A stretch of 64,000 nt of DNA from Haliotis cracherodii (lineage: Eukaryota). The notes below the pieces were generated by a model. That model saw nothing but the letters and a program-made list of their open reading frames with translations. It made no database searches and had not been told where the DNA came from. The stretch lies in NCBI RefSeq assembly GCF_022045235.1, contig NW_027266294.1:496001-560000 (forward strand). The letters run 5' to 3'. A program made the position numbers and the translations under genes. Shown piece by piece: positions 12,058 through 25,049 of this stretch (positions are counted from its first letter, which is position 1; each line of letters begins with the position of its first letter).

Positions 12058-12790
12058 TCCTGGCTTCCTAGTCTGGCCTGGTCTGGCCTTGTCTGACCTA
12101 TCCTGGCCTTGTCTGGCCTAGTCAGGCCTAATTTAGCCTTGTCTCTCTTAGTCTGGCCTTGTCTGCCCTAGTCTGATCCAGTCTGGCCTTGTCTGACCTA
12201 TCCTGGCCTTGTCTGGCCTAGTCAGGCCTAATTTAGCCTTGTCTCTCTTAGTCTGGCCTTGTCTGGCCTAGTCTGATCCAGTCTAGCCTTGTCATTCCTG
12301 GTCTGGCCTGGTCTGGTCTTGTCTGGCCTTGTCATTCCTGGTCTGGTCCATCCTGACCTTGTCATTCCTTGTCTGGCCTAGTCTGGCCTTATCATTCCTG
12401 GTCTGGCCTAGTCTGGCATTGTCATTCCTTGTCTGGTCTAGTCTGGCCTTGTCATTCCTGGTCTGGTCTAGTCTGGCCTTGTCATTCCTTGTCTGGCCTA
12501 GTCTGGCCTTGTCATTCCTTGTCTGGCCTAGTCTGGCCTTATCATTCCTGGTCTGGCCTAGTCTGGCATTGTCATTCCTTGTCTGGTCTAGTCTGGCCTT
12601 GTCATTCCTGGTCTGGTCTAGTCTGGCCTTGTCATTCCTTGTCTGGCCTAGTCTGGCCTTGTCATTCCTTGTCTGGCCTAGTCTGGCCTTGTCATTCCTG
12701 GTCTGGCCTAGTCTGGTCTTGTTTCTCCTAGATCTCTCCTAGTCTGGTCTAGTCTGGCCTGGTCTGGTCCAGTCTGTCCCTGTCTGTCCC
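12058..12790. repeat. 10-bp-based repeat (GTCTGGCCTW/GTCATTCCTK) organised as a 30-bp higher-order unit
   Basis: 10-bp columns visible; 110-bp duplication 12071-12180/12181-12290. Confidence 0.95.
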
Positions 12791-12998
12791 GTTCAGAAAG
12801 GCAGTAAATTGTCTTCATTGCTGCTCAGCCACATAAACAAGCTTGAGTATAGTGTACGTCCTCGCTGTGGCTAAATAGGTGAGGAGAGTTTTATGATAGC
12901 ATAAACATGTTTGTTTGTATGGAACATACTCCTTAGCGCCATTATGGACAGCCACTGTCCGCATGTGAAACACTGATAGGTGTGCAGCACAACATTAT

Positions 12999-14147
12999 TG
13001 TATAACCACCTGGTATGTTAACACTGTGGTATAATCACCTGGTATGTTAACACTGTGGTATAATCACCTCGTATGTTAACACTGTGGTATAACCACCTGA
13101 TATGTAAACACTGTGGTATAATCACTGGTATGTTAACACTGTGGTATAATCACTGGTATGTTAACACTGTGGTATAATCACTGGTATGTAAACACTGTGG
13201 TATAACCACCTGGTATGTTAAGACTGTGGTATAATCACCTGGTATGTTAACACTGTGGTATAATCACCTGGTATGTTAACACCGTGGTATAACCACTGGT
13301 ATGTTAACACTGTGGCATATTCACCTGGTATGTTAACACTTTGGTATAATCACCTGGTATGTTAACACTGTGGTATAACCACTGGTATGTTAACACTGTG
13401 ATATAATCACCTGGTATGTTAACACTGTGATATAATCACCTGGTATGTTAACACTGTGGTATAACCACTGGTATGTTAACACTGTGGTATAATCACCTGG
13501 TATGTTAACACTGTGGTATAATCACCTGGTATGTTAACACTGTGGTATAACCACTGGTATGTTAACACTGTGGTATAATCACTGGTATGTTAACACTGTG
13601 GTATAACCACTGGTATGTTAACACTGTGGTATAACCACTGGTATGTTAACACTGTGGTATAACCGCTGGTATGTTAACACTGTGGTATAATCACTGGTAT
13701 GTTAACACTGTGGTATAATCACCTGGATATGTTAACAGTGTGGTATAACCACAGGTATGTTAAGACTGTGGTATAATCACTGGTATGTTAAGACTGTGGT
13801 ATAATCACCTGGTATGTTAACACTGTGGTATAACCACAGGTATGTTAACACTGTGGTATAATCACTGGTTTGTTAAGACTGTGGTATAATCACTGGTATG
13901 TTAACACTGGTATAACCACTGATATGTTATCACTGTGGTATAATCACTGGTATGTTAAGACTGTGGTACAATCACTGGTATGTTAACACTGGTATAACCA
14001 CTTATATGTTAACACTGTGGTATAATCACTGGTACTTTTACACTGGTACAATCACTGGTATGTTTACACTGGTATAACCACTGGTATGTTAACACTGTGG
14101 TATAATCACCTGGTATGTTAACACTGTGGTATAATCACTGGTATGTT
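12999..14147. repeat. Minisatellite, 28-29-bp unit GTGGTATAATCACCTGGTATGTTAACACT, ~40 copies
   Basis: Direct periodicity; the unit is made of two related TGGTAT halves. Confidence 0.97.
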
Positions 14148-15299
14148 ATGAAACAGTAAAATTAACAGGGATCCGATTAATAAAATATCACTAATACTCT
14201 GGCTGCTTTGTGAAGTGTCCAGATGTGGAGTGACGTTTATGTTCTTCTGGAGATTGATGAGTAATAGGTCATCGTGGAGGTGACTTGAAGTGAGGCACAG
14301 TTATTCACTATGTAGTTTTGTCCAAGACACTGTAAATGTTATCCTGGTAATCCATTAATTGTTTTTTATAAAATGGTTTTGTCTGAGATCACCAATGATA
14401 TTCTGGCATTTTTCGATATATGTTCTCCCCTCAAAGCTAACATCATCACAGCTTTTGAAGGAACTGGTTGACAGGAAAGAATTTGCTTTGTGTTTGGGGT
14501 CTGGAATATGTCTGGAAAATGTTTTCCAAATTACATTTCTCTTTCTCTTTCTCTCGTTGATCCATCTCGGTATCAGCCAGTGATGCAGCCGTGATGGGCA
14601 GCATGATTCAATGGCCCATTCAGCTCAATGTCTATCTCCATAAATTTGCTTGTTGTTGAACTCATTGTGCTAGATGTACAGGATAGGGAGGTATTTAAGT
14701 CATATCGGCAAACTTTGCATGTCCGTAGAAGGAGGTAATGGCGTGTTTGGGGAACTCTCCAATATGGAGCCGGCATCTATCATGACTGTGGCAAGGGCAG
14801 CCAAATATCTCCTACAGAAATATTGACCCCAAATTTCATTTGAGAGGAGTTATAGGAGTTGAATATTCTGAAATCTAATTTGAAAGTGTGTGGTGTCTCG
14901 GGCTTCAGTGGTCATCAAGTGATCTTGTGTAACAAAGGTTAAATTGTAGTAGGAGGCGGCCGGCGCAGCATCAAGGGTGGCCCGGCTGCCGTGTCCAGCT
15001 CCGCCAGAAATCAACCGATCTATCTGTCACTTGATTCCTCATGGAGAACTCAGCCCTGGTCGTGGTATCTCTGTGTTGTTCAGCCTTGCCTCTGGTATAT
15101 TCATCAGTGTCTTCCACAGAAGGGGCAGCGTTCCATGGGACTTGGGACTTGGTGTCTGGACAGATGAACAGATTCCTGCTTGAATCTATGAGTTAGGCGT
15201 TCCACCAGTGTTCACACGTGGGAGAAAATGTGGGGCTTAGATGTAAAACATGAGTTTGTTGATCTTTAGGTACATGGAGTGTTTTTGAAAGTGTGAGCA

Positions 15300-15362
15300 T
15301 GTGAGTGGTTGAGTGAGTGAGTGAGAGTTTAACCACCAACAACATAATTTCAGTGAGATCAC
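15300..15362 (-). mobile_element. Degenerate SINE 3' tail remnant
   Basis: (GAGT)n followed by GTTTAAC...ATTTCAG..AGATCAC, resembling the shared tail in reverse. Confidence 0.4.
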
Positions 15363-15496
15363 TGCATCAGAGATTCATATAGCTGGAGACATTGGTGAAA
15401 CTGCTGATCCTGACATGATGAAGGGAGGCAACTGCGCTTAGAAAAATATTTAATAGCATAGATGTTATTGAAATGTGTTTTCAGTGTATTAACTGC

Positions 15497-15961
15497 ATAT
15501 AATGTGTATACACAGTGTATATAGTGTGTATAGTGTGTGTATAATGTGTATACACAGTGTATATAGTGTGTATAGTGTGTGTATAATGTGTATACACAGT
15601 GTATATAGTGTGTGTATAATGTGTATACACAGTGTATATAGTGTGTGTATAGTGTGTGTATAATGTGTATACACAGTGTATATAGTGTGTATAGTGTGTG
15701 TATAATGTGTATACACAGTGTATATAGTGTGTGTATAGTGTGTGTATAATGTGTATACACAGTGTATATAGTGTGTATAGTGTGTGTATAATGTGTATAC
15801 ACAGTGTATATAGTGTGTATAGTGTGTATACACAGTGTATATAGTGTGTGTATAATGTGTATACAATGTGTGTATAATGTGTATACACAGTGTATATAGT
15901 GTGTATAGTGTGTGTATAATGTGTATGTAATGTGTATACAAAGTGTATATAGTGTGTGTAC
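15497..15961. repeat. TA/TG-rich minisatellite, 33-44-bp units around GTGTATACAC
   Basis: Direct periodicity. Confidence 0.95.
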
Positions 15962-15963
15962 AT

Positions 15964-16497
15964 TATCTTCCCTAGGGAAGGGAGTTAACTGACTCTAAAA
16001 GTTCAGTTTCAGCCCTTGCAGAACTAGCCTGTAATTATGGAGTTACAGTGTGCCTGGACTAACGAGTCTATTCATCGTCCAATCAAAATTGTGTTACGAA
16101 ATCGACATGAGGTTCATAAACAACATTGTGATTGCTGTGCAGATTTGGTCGACTGCAAGAAGTGCATGTGCGTTGACTCATATTTGCCAAATATTTTAAT
16201 GTTTTTAATCAAGGTGCTCCAGTGATTTGACGGACTTTGCGAGGTAAGAGCCATTTTATTATGATAAGATCTTGATTATCAATCAGATCGTTATGACTGA
16301 GCGTGCCATTTTGGTTTAGGAAATGCAAGTGACAGGAGAGGTGGAATCTGATTGGTCAATAGGGAGGGACATAGAAGGGACGTAACTCATTGTAGCCACT
16401 AGCGGCGCTACGTTCAAGTCAGGAAATATCAGCCTAGTTCGGCAAGGGTGGAAACTGGTTTTTCACAGTGAGTTAATTCCCTTGCCTCAGGACGATA
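15964..16497. mobile_element. Non-autonomous TIR element (MITE), ~534 bp
   Basis: ~68-bp imperfect terminal inverted repeats (TATCTTCCCTAGGGAAGGGAGTTAAC... vs reverse complement TATCGTCCTGAGGCAAGGGAATTAAC...); CAT on both flanks (15961-15963, 16498-16500). Confidence 0.8.
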
Positions 16498-16515
16498 CAT
16501 ATAGAGTATGGTATA

Positions 16516-16654
16516 ACGGTTGGGTTGATTGTGTGTCATTATGACCTGGTGCTCATGATGTCAATCACTGGATTGTCTGGACCAGACTTGATTATTTACA
16601 GACTGCTGTCATAAAGCAGGAATATTTATGGGTACAGCCTGAAACAATAAACAA
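16516..16654 (+). mobile_element. 5'-truncated, degenerate SINE (family C)
   Basis: GCTCATGATGTCAATCACTGGATTGTCTGGACCAGACTTGATTATTTACAGAC followed by a decayed GGAATATT tail and AAACAA repeats; matches a mollusc SINE body I recognise from memory. Confidence 0.7.
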
Positions 16655-17310
16655 AGTGTATAGTTTTTTCATAATTGTCTTGAGTACCTATGCAGGCAGG
16701 TCGTACATGTATGCACACTTCACACCACTTGAGGGCAGGTCCTGTTGCAGGCAAGGGCTGCACTACTTGGTGATGTGACGGATATGTTGACATAGACGTC
16801 ACCCGATATCACACACATGGGATAACATGAGTGTGTGTCATCACACCTGTCAGTCGCTGATATCCACACACAGTTTCACTCTCCACGCAGTGGATTAGCA
16901 TGTATCGAGTCGTCTGTTGGTGGAGATTTAGTCTCCGAACTGTAGCAGCAGCTGTGATGTAGATTTAGACATGGATTGAGTTTGGGTTAATTTTCCATGT
17001 GGAATAAACACGTTGAGGATTGAGGACATCGCTGGTTTGTCAATATGCATGTCCAGTGTTGAGCCACAATGTGTTCTGCAGATCCCTGAAGGACGCACTT
17101 GAACTTGGGAATCAGAAGTATCGTTATCCAAGCTGAATGTTTTTGAGATTATTATGGACCTACGCATATGGTGAACCCATTACAAGAATTAACTGGAGGG
17201 GAGTTTAGAGAATAAGTCTCTCGATGTTCACAGATGACCTTTCCAGCTGCCACAGACTTGTCTGGGGGTGACCACTTTGACACAGTCACACATACAAGGT
17301 TGTGGTAGAG

Positions 17311-17311
<1 letters not shown>

Positions 17312-17374
<63 letters not shown>

Positions 17375-17690
17375 TGACCACTTTAACGCAGTCACACATA
17401 CGAGATGAGGTGTAGATGAGCATGTGTGTGTGTAGATAAGTGTGTTTATGGATGCATGTGTGTGTGTATGTGTGTGTAAACGTGTGTGTAAATGAGTGTG
17501 TGTAGATGTGTAGAGCAAGTGTGTGTGTAGATAAGTGTGTTTATGGATGCATGTGTGTGTGTATGTGTGTGTGTAAATGAGTGTGTAGATGTGTAGAGCG
17601 TGTGTGTGTAGATAAGTGTGTTTATGGATGCATGTGTGTGTGTATGTGTGTGTAAATGAGTGTGTGTAGATGTGTGTGTGTGTGTAGGGG
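17312..17690. repeat. (TG)30 microsatellite (17312-17372) plus a degenerate TG-rich tandem region
   Basis: Direct; the microsatellite is flanked by a duplicated GTGACCACTTT..CAGTCACACATAC. Confidence 0.95.
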
Positions 17691-18669
17691 GGGGACTTAC
17701 ACACATGTTGGTAGTAAGAGCTGTCTCTCTCTGCCTCCGATGCTCCTCAGGCTTATGATGGATGTAAGTTAAATCTGCCACTCCATTCAAACAGAGGCCA
17801 CAGCTAAACCGATGATCACAGTCTGCCTTAAGCTGTAGATGTAATACAACTTCTAAAATAGATTGCTTTTAAAATTCCAAGTGAGATTTATGATGAAAGT
17901 GCAGGGTCTTCCACAACCAAATCACATATGACCTCACAAAGATGGGAGAGGAAGTCATATCTTTCTTCAGATAATTGGAGATTTCCAAAGAATAATTTTT
18001 CACAATGCATGTACATGTGCTGAACACGGACCAAGTTCATTATTTTCCAAACATCCCGCATCAAATACCTTCCAATAGTGTGATTAATCTTCCCTGTCAG
18101 AGAACAGCCAATCATGGCCTCAACTCAACCAATATTTTTAGGAGGTACGTGTCGATTGTTTTTATGGTACAAGACTTTAATCAGTCAAACAAAGTTTCTA
18201 GAGTGGGAGTTTTATGATTGGTTTATGTGGCCATATCTGGGCTGTGAATATTGCACCACGCACACTGAAGAGTTCCTGCATGGGGGCCGCGGGACCTGAT
18301 TACTAGGAGGTGGTCCGTCCAGGGCGTTGCTCCCCACTCCCGGAATCCCAACACTCGTATCACCACAACATCAAAGGCTTATCGAACAGACCTGCGATTT
18401 ATTGGGTCATAAAGTTTTTATTTTAATCTTTTTGTTTTCTCAATCGACTTAATGATAATCACAAGCATTACATCAATTTTGACATTTTTAATCAATTTGG
18501 AGAAATCGAAGCTCTTCAGGAGCAATCAGATTACTAACATGACACTGTAAAATAATTGTTGTATTAAACATCAGGACGTCAATATGCTAACGATGTCCGT
18601 GTAAACGTGAAGGGTCTAGTAACGAGGTGTGGAACGAGATCTGGCATCTTGATCACATCATGCAGTGCT

Positions 18670-20867
18670 TACTCTGAGCGACACTCCTTGTGTCATATTG
18701 TGTGACACTCTTAGAGACACTCCTTGTGTCATATTGTGTTACACTCTGAGAGACAATGCTTGTGTCATATTGTTACACTCTGAGGGACGCTCCTTATGTC
18801 ATATTGTGTTAAACTCTGAGAGACAATGCTTGTGTCATATTGTTACACTCTGAGAGACAATGCTTGTGTCATATTGTGTTACACTCTGAGAGACAATGCT
18901 TGTGTCATATTGTGTTACACTCTGAGAGACAATGCTTGTGTCATATTGTGTTAAACTCTGAAAGACAATGCTTGTGTCATATTGTGTTACACCCTGAGAG
19001 ACAATGCTTGTGTCATATTGTGTTACACTCTGAGAGACAATGCTTGTGTCATATTGTTACACTCTGAGAGACACTCCTTGTGTCATATTGTGTTACACTC
19101 TGAGAGACAATGCTTGTGTCATATTGTGTTACACTCTGAGAGACAATGCTTGTGTCATATTGTGTTACACTCTGAGAGACAATGCTTGTGTCATATTGTT
19201 ACACTCTGAGAGACAATGCTTGTGTCATATTGTGTTACACTCTGAGAGACAATGCTTGTGTCATATTGTGTTACACTCTGAGAGACAATGCTTGTGTCAT
19301 ATTGTGTTAAACTCTGAGAGACAATGCTTGTGTCATATAGTGTTACACTCTAAGAGACAATGCTTGTGTCATATTGTGTTACACTCTGAGAGACAATGCT
19401 TGTGTCATATTGTGTTACACTCTGAGAGACAATGCTTGTGTCATATTGTGTTACACTCTGAGAGACTCTCCTTGTGCCATATTGTGTTAAACTCTGAGAG
19501 ACAATGCTTGTGTCATATTGTTACACTCTGAGAGACACTCCTTGTGTCATATTGTGTTACACTCTGAGAGACAATGCTTGTGTCATATTGTGTTACACTC
19601 TGAGAGACAATGCTTGTGTCATATTGTTACACTCTGAGAGACAATGCTTGTGTCATATTGTGTGACACTCTTAGAGACACTCCTTGTGTCATATTGTGTT
19701 ACACTCTGAGAGACAATGCTTGTGTCATATTGTTACACTCTGAGGGACGCTCCTTGTGTCATATTGTGTTAAACTCTGAGAGACAATGCTTGTGTCATAT
19801 TGTGTTACACTCTGAGAGACAATGCTTGTGTCATATTGTGTTACACTCTGAGAGACATTTCTTGTGTCATATTGAGTTACACTCTGAGAGACACTTCTTG
19901 TGTCATATTGTGTTACACTCTGAGAGACATTTCTTGTGTCATATTGTGTTACACTCTGAGAGACACTTCTTGTGTCATATTGTGTTACACTCTGAGAGAC
20001 ACTTCTTGTGTCATATTGTTTTACACTCTGAGAGACATTTATTGTGTCATATTGTTTTACACTCTTAGAGACGCTCCTTGTGTCATATTGTGTGACACTC
20101 TGAGAGACACTTCATGTGTCATATTGTTTGATACTCTCAGAGAAACACTTTTTGTGTCATATTGTGTTACACTCTCAGAGGCACTTCATGTGGTATTGCA
20201 TTGCATTCTCAGAGAGACATGTATCTTGTGTCATATTGTGTTCCACTCTCAGAGAGACATCTTTTGTCATATTTTGTTACACTCTCAAAGAGACATCTTG
20301 TGTCATATTGTGTGACACTCTTAGAGAGGCATCTTGTGTCATATTGTATTCCACTCTCAGAGAGACATCTTGTGTCATATAGTGTTACACTCTGACAAAC
20401 ACTTCTTGTGTCATATTGTGTTGCACTCTGACAAACACTTCTTGTGTCATATTGTGTTACACTCTCAAAGAGACATCTTGTGTCATATTGTGTGACGCTC
20501 TTAGAGAGGCATCTTGTGTCATATTGTATTCCACTCTCAGAGAGACATCTTGTGTCATATAGTGTTACACTCTGACAAACACTTCTTGTGTCATATTGTG
20601 TTGCACTCTGACAAACACTTCTTGTGTCATATTGTGTTATACTCTCAGAGAGACACTATTTGTGTCATATTGTGTTGCACTCTCAGAGAGACATCTTGTG
20701 TCATATTGTGTTACACTCTGAGAGAGACATCTTGTGTCATATTGTGTGACACTCTCAGAGAGATACTTTTTGTGTCATATTGTGTTACACTCTGAGAGAG
20801 ACCACTTGTGTCATATTGTGTTGCACTCTCAGAGAGACATCTTGTGTCATATTGTGTTGCACTCTTA
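18670..20867. repeat. Minisatellite, 36-bp unit (34-bp variant) TGTGTCATATTGTGTTACACTCTGAGAGACAATGCT, ~61 copies
   Basis: Direct periodicity; more diverged toward the right end. Confidence 0.97.
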
Positions 20868-21011
20868 GAGTGAGTGAGTGAGTGAGTATGGTTTTGCGCT
20901 GCTTTTAGCAATATTCCAGCAATATCACAGCAGGGACACCAGAAATGGGCTTCACACATTTTACCCACGTCGGGAATCGAACCCGGGTCATTGGCGTAAC
21001 CACTAGGCTAC
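20868..21011 (-). mobile_element. Family B SINE with an internal deletion in the head
   Basis: Aligns with 4273-4438; B box GGTTCGATTCCC on minus; (GAGT)n tail. Confidence 0.92.
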
Positions 21012-21016
21012 TAGGC

Positions 21017-21544
21017 TGTGATAGACTCTAGGTGTGTTTGTGTGATAGACTCTAGGTGTGTTTGTGTGATAGACTCTAGGTGTGTTTGTGTGATAGACTC
21101 TAGGTGTGTTTGTGTGATAGTCTCTAGGTGTGTTTGTGTGATAGTCTCTAGGTGTGTTTGTGTGATAGACTCTAGGTGTGTTTGTGTGATAGACTCTAGG
21201 TGTGTTTGTGTGATAGTCTCTAGGTGTGTTTGTGTGATATACTCTAGTTGTGTTTGTGTGATAGACTCTAGGTGTGTTTGGGTGATAGACTCTAGGTGTG
21301 TTTGTGTGATATACTCTAGTTGTGTTTGTGTGATAGACTCTAGGTGTGTTTGTGTGATAGACTCTAGGTGTGTTTGTGTGATAGACTCTAGTTGTGTTTG
21401 TGTGATAGTCTCTAGGTGTGTTTGTGTGATATACTCTAGTTGTGTTTGTGTGATAGACTCTAGTTGTGTTTGTGTGATAGACTCTAGGTGTGTTTGGGTG
21501 ATAGACTCTAGTTGTGATTGTGTGATAGACTCTAGGTGTGTTTG
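21017..21544. repeat. Minisatellite, 24-bp unit TGTGATAGACTCTAGGTGTGTTTG, ~22 copies
   Basis: Direct periodicity. Confidence 0.97.
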
Positions 21545-22822
21545 AGCCAAGTCGGTTCAGCTGTTGATGGGAAGCCATTACTTGCTGTATCCTGCCATTT
21601 GGTCCAGCTATTTCTCCTGCATCCCTCGCCGGGGTTGGTGTTTTATGTGAGTCGGTGGCCCTGCCATGCTGGTAACTACAAGAGACACGATATTAACACA
21701 TCGGCACAAATGCTCCTCTCAATGGGCACACATTAACGCAAATAACAGCAGCTAGAATTTCTTATGAAATTACTGTAATAATTACCTCATTGCTTTTCTT
21801 GTGACGTTTTCAAGGAAAGTGAATTATTCACTACAGCTTTACGACGGGGTTGAATAAAGCGGCGCGGCCAGAAATACAATCTGACAATCAGCAACAGAAG
21901 CTCACTATAATTAAAAGGCCTCGATTTGAACACTTCGTATCATTTTTGATGCAAATGTATTGATTTGTTGAAGGAACAGATAGTCAAAGTTGATGAAGTC
22001 ACAAATATCATGGGGATTGTTTGACAAGTAAAAAGGTGAAACCTGTTTGAAATGTTCCACCGAGTGTTCAGTTTTTGTGAGGACTCCCGGCACAGAGAGG
22101 ACGTCGGCACAGAGAGGACGTCGGCAGAGAGGACGTCGGCACAGGCCACAGACTTCTGTGAGGGAAGCATTCTGGAGCTGTCAGCGTCCGTGTCTATTAG
22201 ATTTCTCCCATCACAGAGAGACACATTTGTGGATCAAAAACATTAAAATTCATGACATTGAAGTAAATTGTTTTAAGGTAATATGACATTCTATTGATTT
22301 TCCGAGAAAAGAAAATATTTTGTGTTTGTAGTTTGAGTTAATCATGTTTCTTGATCCCAGAACATTTGACTGCACAGATATGGGGAAACAATGCCATGGA
22401 ACTTGTGCTGTCCTCTCATAGCTGGTTTTGGAGTCTTCAGTCATGCTTGGACCTCTAGTTCCTGTCTATCTCGTGTACCAGCAATACTTGTCCATATTCC
22501 CGTGCCTGATGTGTTGTTATGCTGCCAGTCTATCTTCATTATCAGGGTCGTATTTCTGGAGTTGATTGGTACAGCAACAGACATGGCCATTCAGATTTTC
22601 TTATCAATTTTCCCGTGATTTTTGGTGGGACCAGTTAGTCACAGAGTTCAATACATATCAGGATGATAAATGCCATCTTGTTTTCTCACTTTCTTCCAAT
22701 CTGAAAATGAGTTGGACCTAATTTCCTGTCTATTGGAAGCGAAGGTGTTTTTCCTGCAGTGATGGTGCAGCCTTGTGATGGGAACTTGTTCTTCACTTTG
22801 ATTTGAAGAGCACATGTTGGGA

Positions 22823-25008
22823 GGGCTGCACATGAATGCCGAGTGTCTTAATGGTGGGGCTGCACATAATGCTGAGTGTCTTAATGGTGGGGCTGCACAT
22901 AATGCTGAGTGTCTTAATGGTGGGGCTGCACATAATGCTGAGTGTCTTAATGGTGGGGCTGCACATAATGCTGAGTGTCTTAATGGTGGGGCTGCACATA
23001 ATGCTGAGTGTCTAAATGGTGGGGCTGCACATAATGCTGAGTGTCTAAATGGTGGGGCTGCACATGATGCCGATTGTCTAAATGGTGGGGCTGCACATAA
23101 TGCTGAGTGTCTAAATGGTGGGGCTGCACATAATGCCGAGTGTCTAAATGGTGGGGCTGCACATAATGCTGAGTGTCTAAATGGTGGGGCTGCACATGAT
23201 GCCGAGTGTCTAAATGGTGGGGCTGCACATAATGCTGAGTGTCTAAATGGTGGGGCTGCACATAATGCCGAGTGTCTAAATGGTGGGGCTGCACATAATG
23301 CTGAGTGTCTTAATGGTGGGGCTGCACATAATGCTGAGTGTCAAAATGGTGGGGCTGCACATAATGCTGAGTGTCTAAATGGTGGGGCTGCACATAATGC
23401 TGAGTGTCTTAATGGTGGGGCTGCACATGATGCCGAGTGTCTAAATGGTGGGGCTGCACATAATGCTGAGTGTCTTAATGGTGGGGCTGTACATAATGCC
23501 GAGTGTCTAAATGGTGGGGCTGCACATAATGCTGAGTGTCTAAATGGTGGGGCTGCACATAATGCTGAGTGTCTTAATGGTGGGGCTGCACATAATGCTG
23601 AGTGTCTTAATGGTGGGGCTGCACATAATGCTGAGTGTCTAAATGGTGGGGCTACACATAATGCTGAGTGTCTTAATGGTGGGGCTGCACATAATGCTGA
23701 GTGTCTTAATGGTGGGGCTGCACATGAATGCCGAGTGTCTAAATGGTGGGGCTGCACATAATGCTGAGTGTCTAAATGGTGGGGCTACACATAATGCTGA
23801 GTGTCTAAATGGTGGGGCTGCACATAATGCTGAGTGTCTAAATGGTGGGGCTGCACATAATGCTGAGTGTCTTAATGGTGGGGCTGCACATAATGCTGAG
23901 TGTCTTAATGGTGGGGCTGCACATAATGCTGAGTGTCTTAATGGTGGGGCTGCACATAATGCTGAGTGTCTTAATGGTGGGGCTGCACATAATGCTGAGT
24001 GTCTAAATGGTGGGGCTACACATAATGCTGAGTGTCTAAATGGTGGGGCTGCACATAATGCTGAGTGTCTAAATGGTGGGGCTGCACATAATGCTGAGTG
24101 TCTTAATGGTGGGGCTGCACATAATGCTGAGTGTCTTAATGGTGGGGCTGCACATAATGCTGAGTGTCTAAATGGTGGGGCTGCACATAATGCTGAGTGT
24201 CTTAATGGTGGGGCTGCACATAATGCTGAGTGTCTTAATGGTGGGGCTGCACATAATGCTGAGTGTCTAAATGGTGGGGCTACACATAATGCTGAGTGTC
24301 TTAATGGTGGGGCTGCACATAATGCTGAGTGTCTAAATGGTGGGGCTACACATAATGCTGAGTGTCTTAATGGTGGGGCTGCACATAATGCTGAGTGTCT
24401 TAATGGTGGGGCTGCACATAATGCTGAGTGTCTTAATGGTGGGGCTGCACATAATGCTGAGTGTCTAAATGGTGGGGCTGCACATAATGCTGAGTGTCTA
24501 AATGGTGGGGCTGCACATAATGCTGAGTGTCTAAATGGTGGGGCTGCACATAATGCTGAGTGTCTAAATAGTGGGGCTGCACATAATGCCGAGTGTCTAA
24601 ATGGTGGGGCTGCACATAATGCTGAGTGTCTAAATGGTGGGGCTGCACATAATGCTGAGTGTCTTAATGGTGGGGCTGCACATAATGCTGAGTGTCTTAA
24701 TGGTGGGGCTGCACATAATGCCGAGTGTCTAAATGGTGGGGCTGCACATAATGCCGAGTGTCTAAATGGTGGGGCTGCACATAATGCTGAGTGTCTAAAT
24801 GGTGGGGCTGCACATAATGCTGAGTGTCTAAATGGTGGGGCTGCACATAATGCTGAGTGTCTAAATGGTGGGGCTGCACATAATGCTGAGTGTCTAAATG
24901 GTGGGGCTGCACATAATGCTTAGTGTCTTAATGGTGGGGCTGCACATAATGCTGAGTGTCTTAATGGTGGGGCTGCACATAATGCTGAGTGTCTTAATGG
25001 TGGGGCTG
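22823..25008. repeat. Minisatellite, 33-bp unit GCTGCACATAATGCTGAGTGTCT(A/T)AATGGTGGG, ~66 copies
   Basis: Direct periodicity, very homogeneous. Confidence 0.98.
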
Positions 25009-25049
25009 TCATGGATAGTTGTTAATCACAGATTAATCACAGTTTTGGA

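Noticed and set aside
14940-15040. Short GC-rich patch as promoter or enhancer
   Set aside because: Too short, with no diagnostic motif; would need conservation data
22250-22830. Possible retroelement coding remnant on minus
   Set aside because: Purine-rich with short protein-like stretches, but many stops and no gag, RT or integrase motif identifiable
22814-24923. ORFs with (NAECLNGGAAH)n, resembling the EGF CLNGG motif
   Set aside because: 33-bp DNA repeat with one Cys per unit, a frameshift near 23727 and a stop at 24921; no EGF cysteine spacing and no splice context
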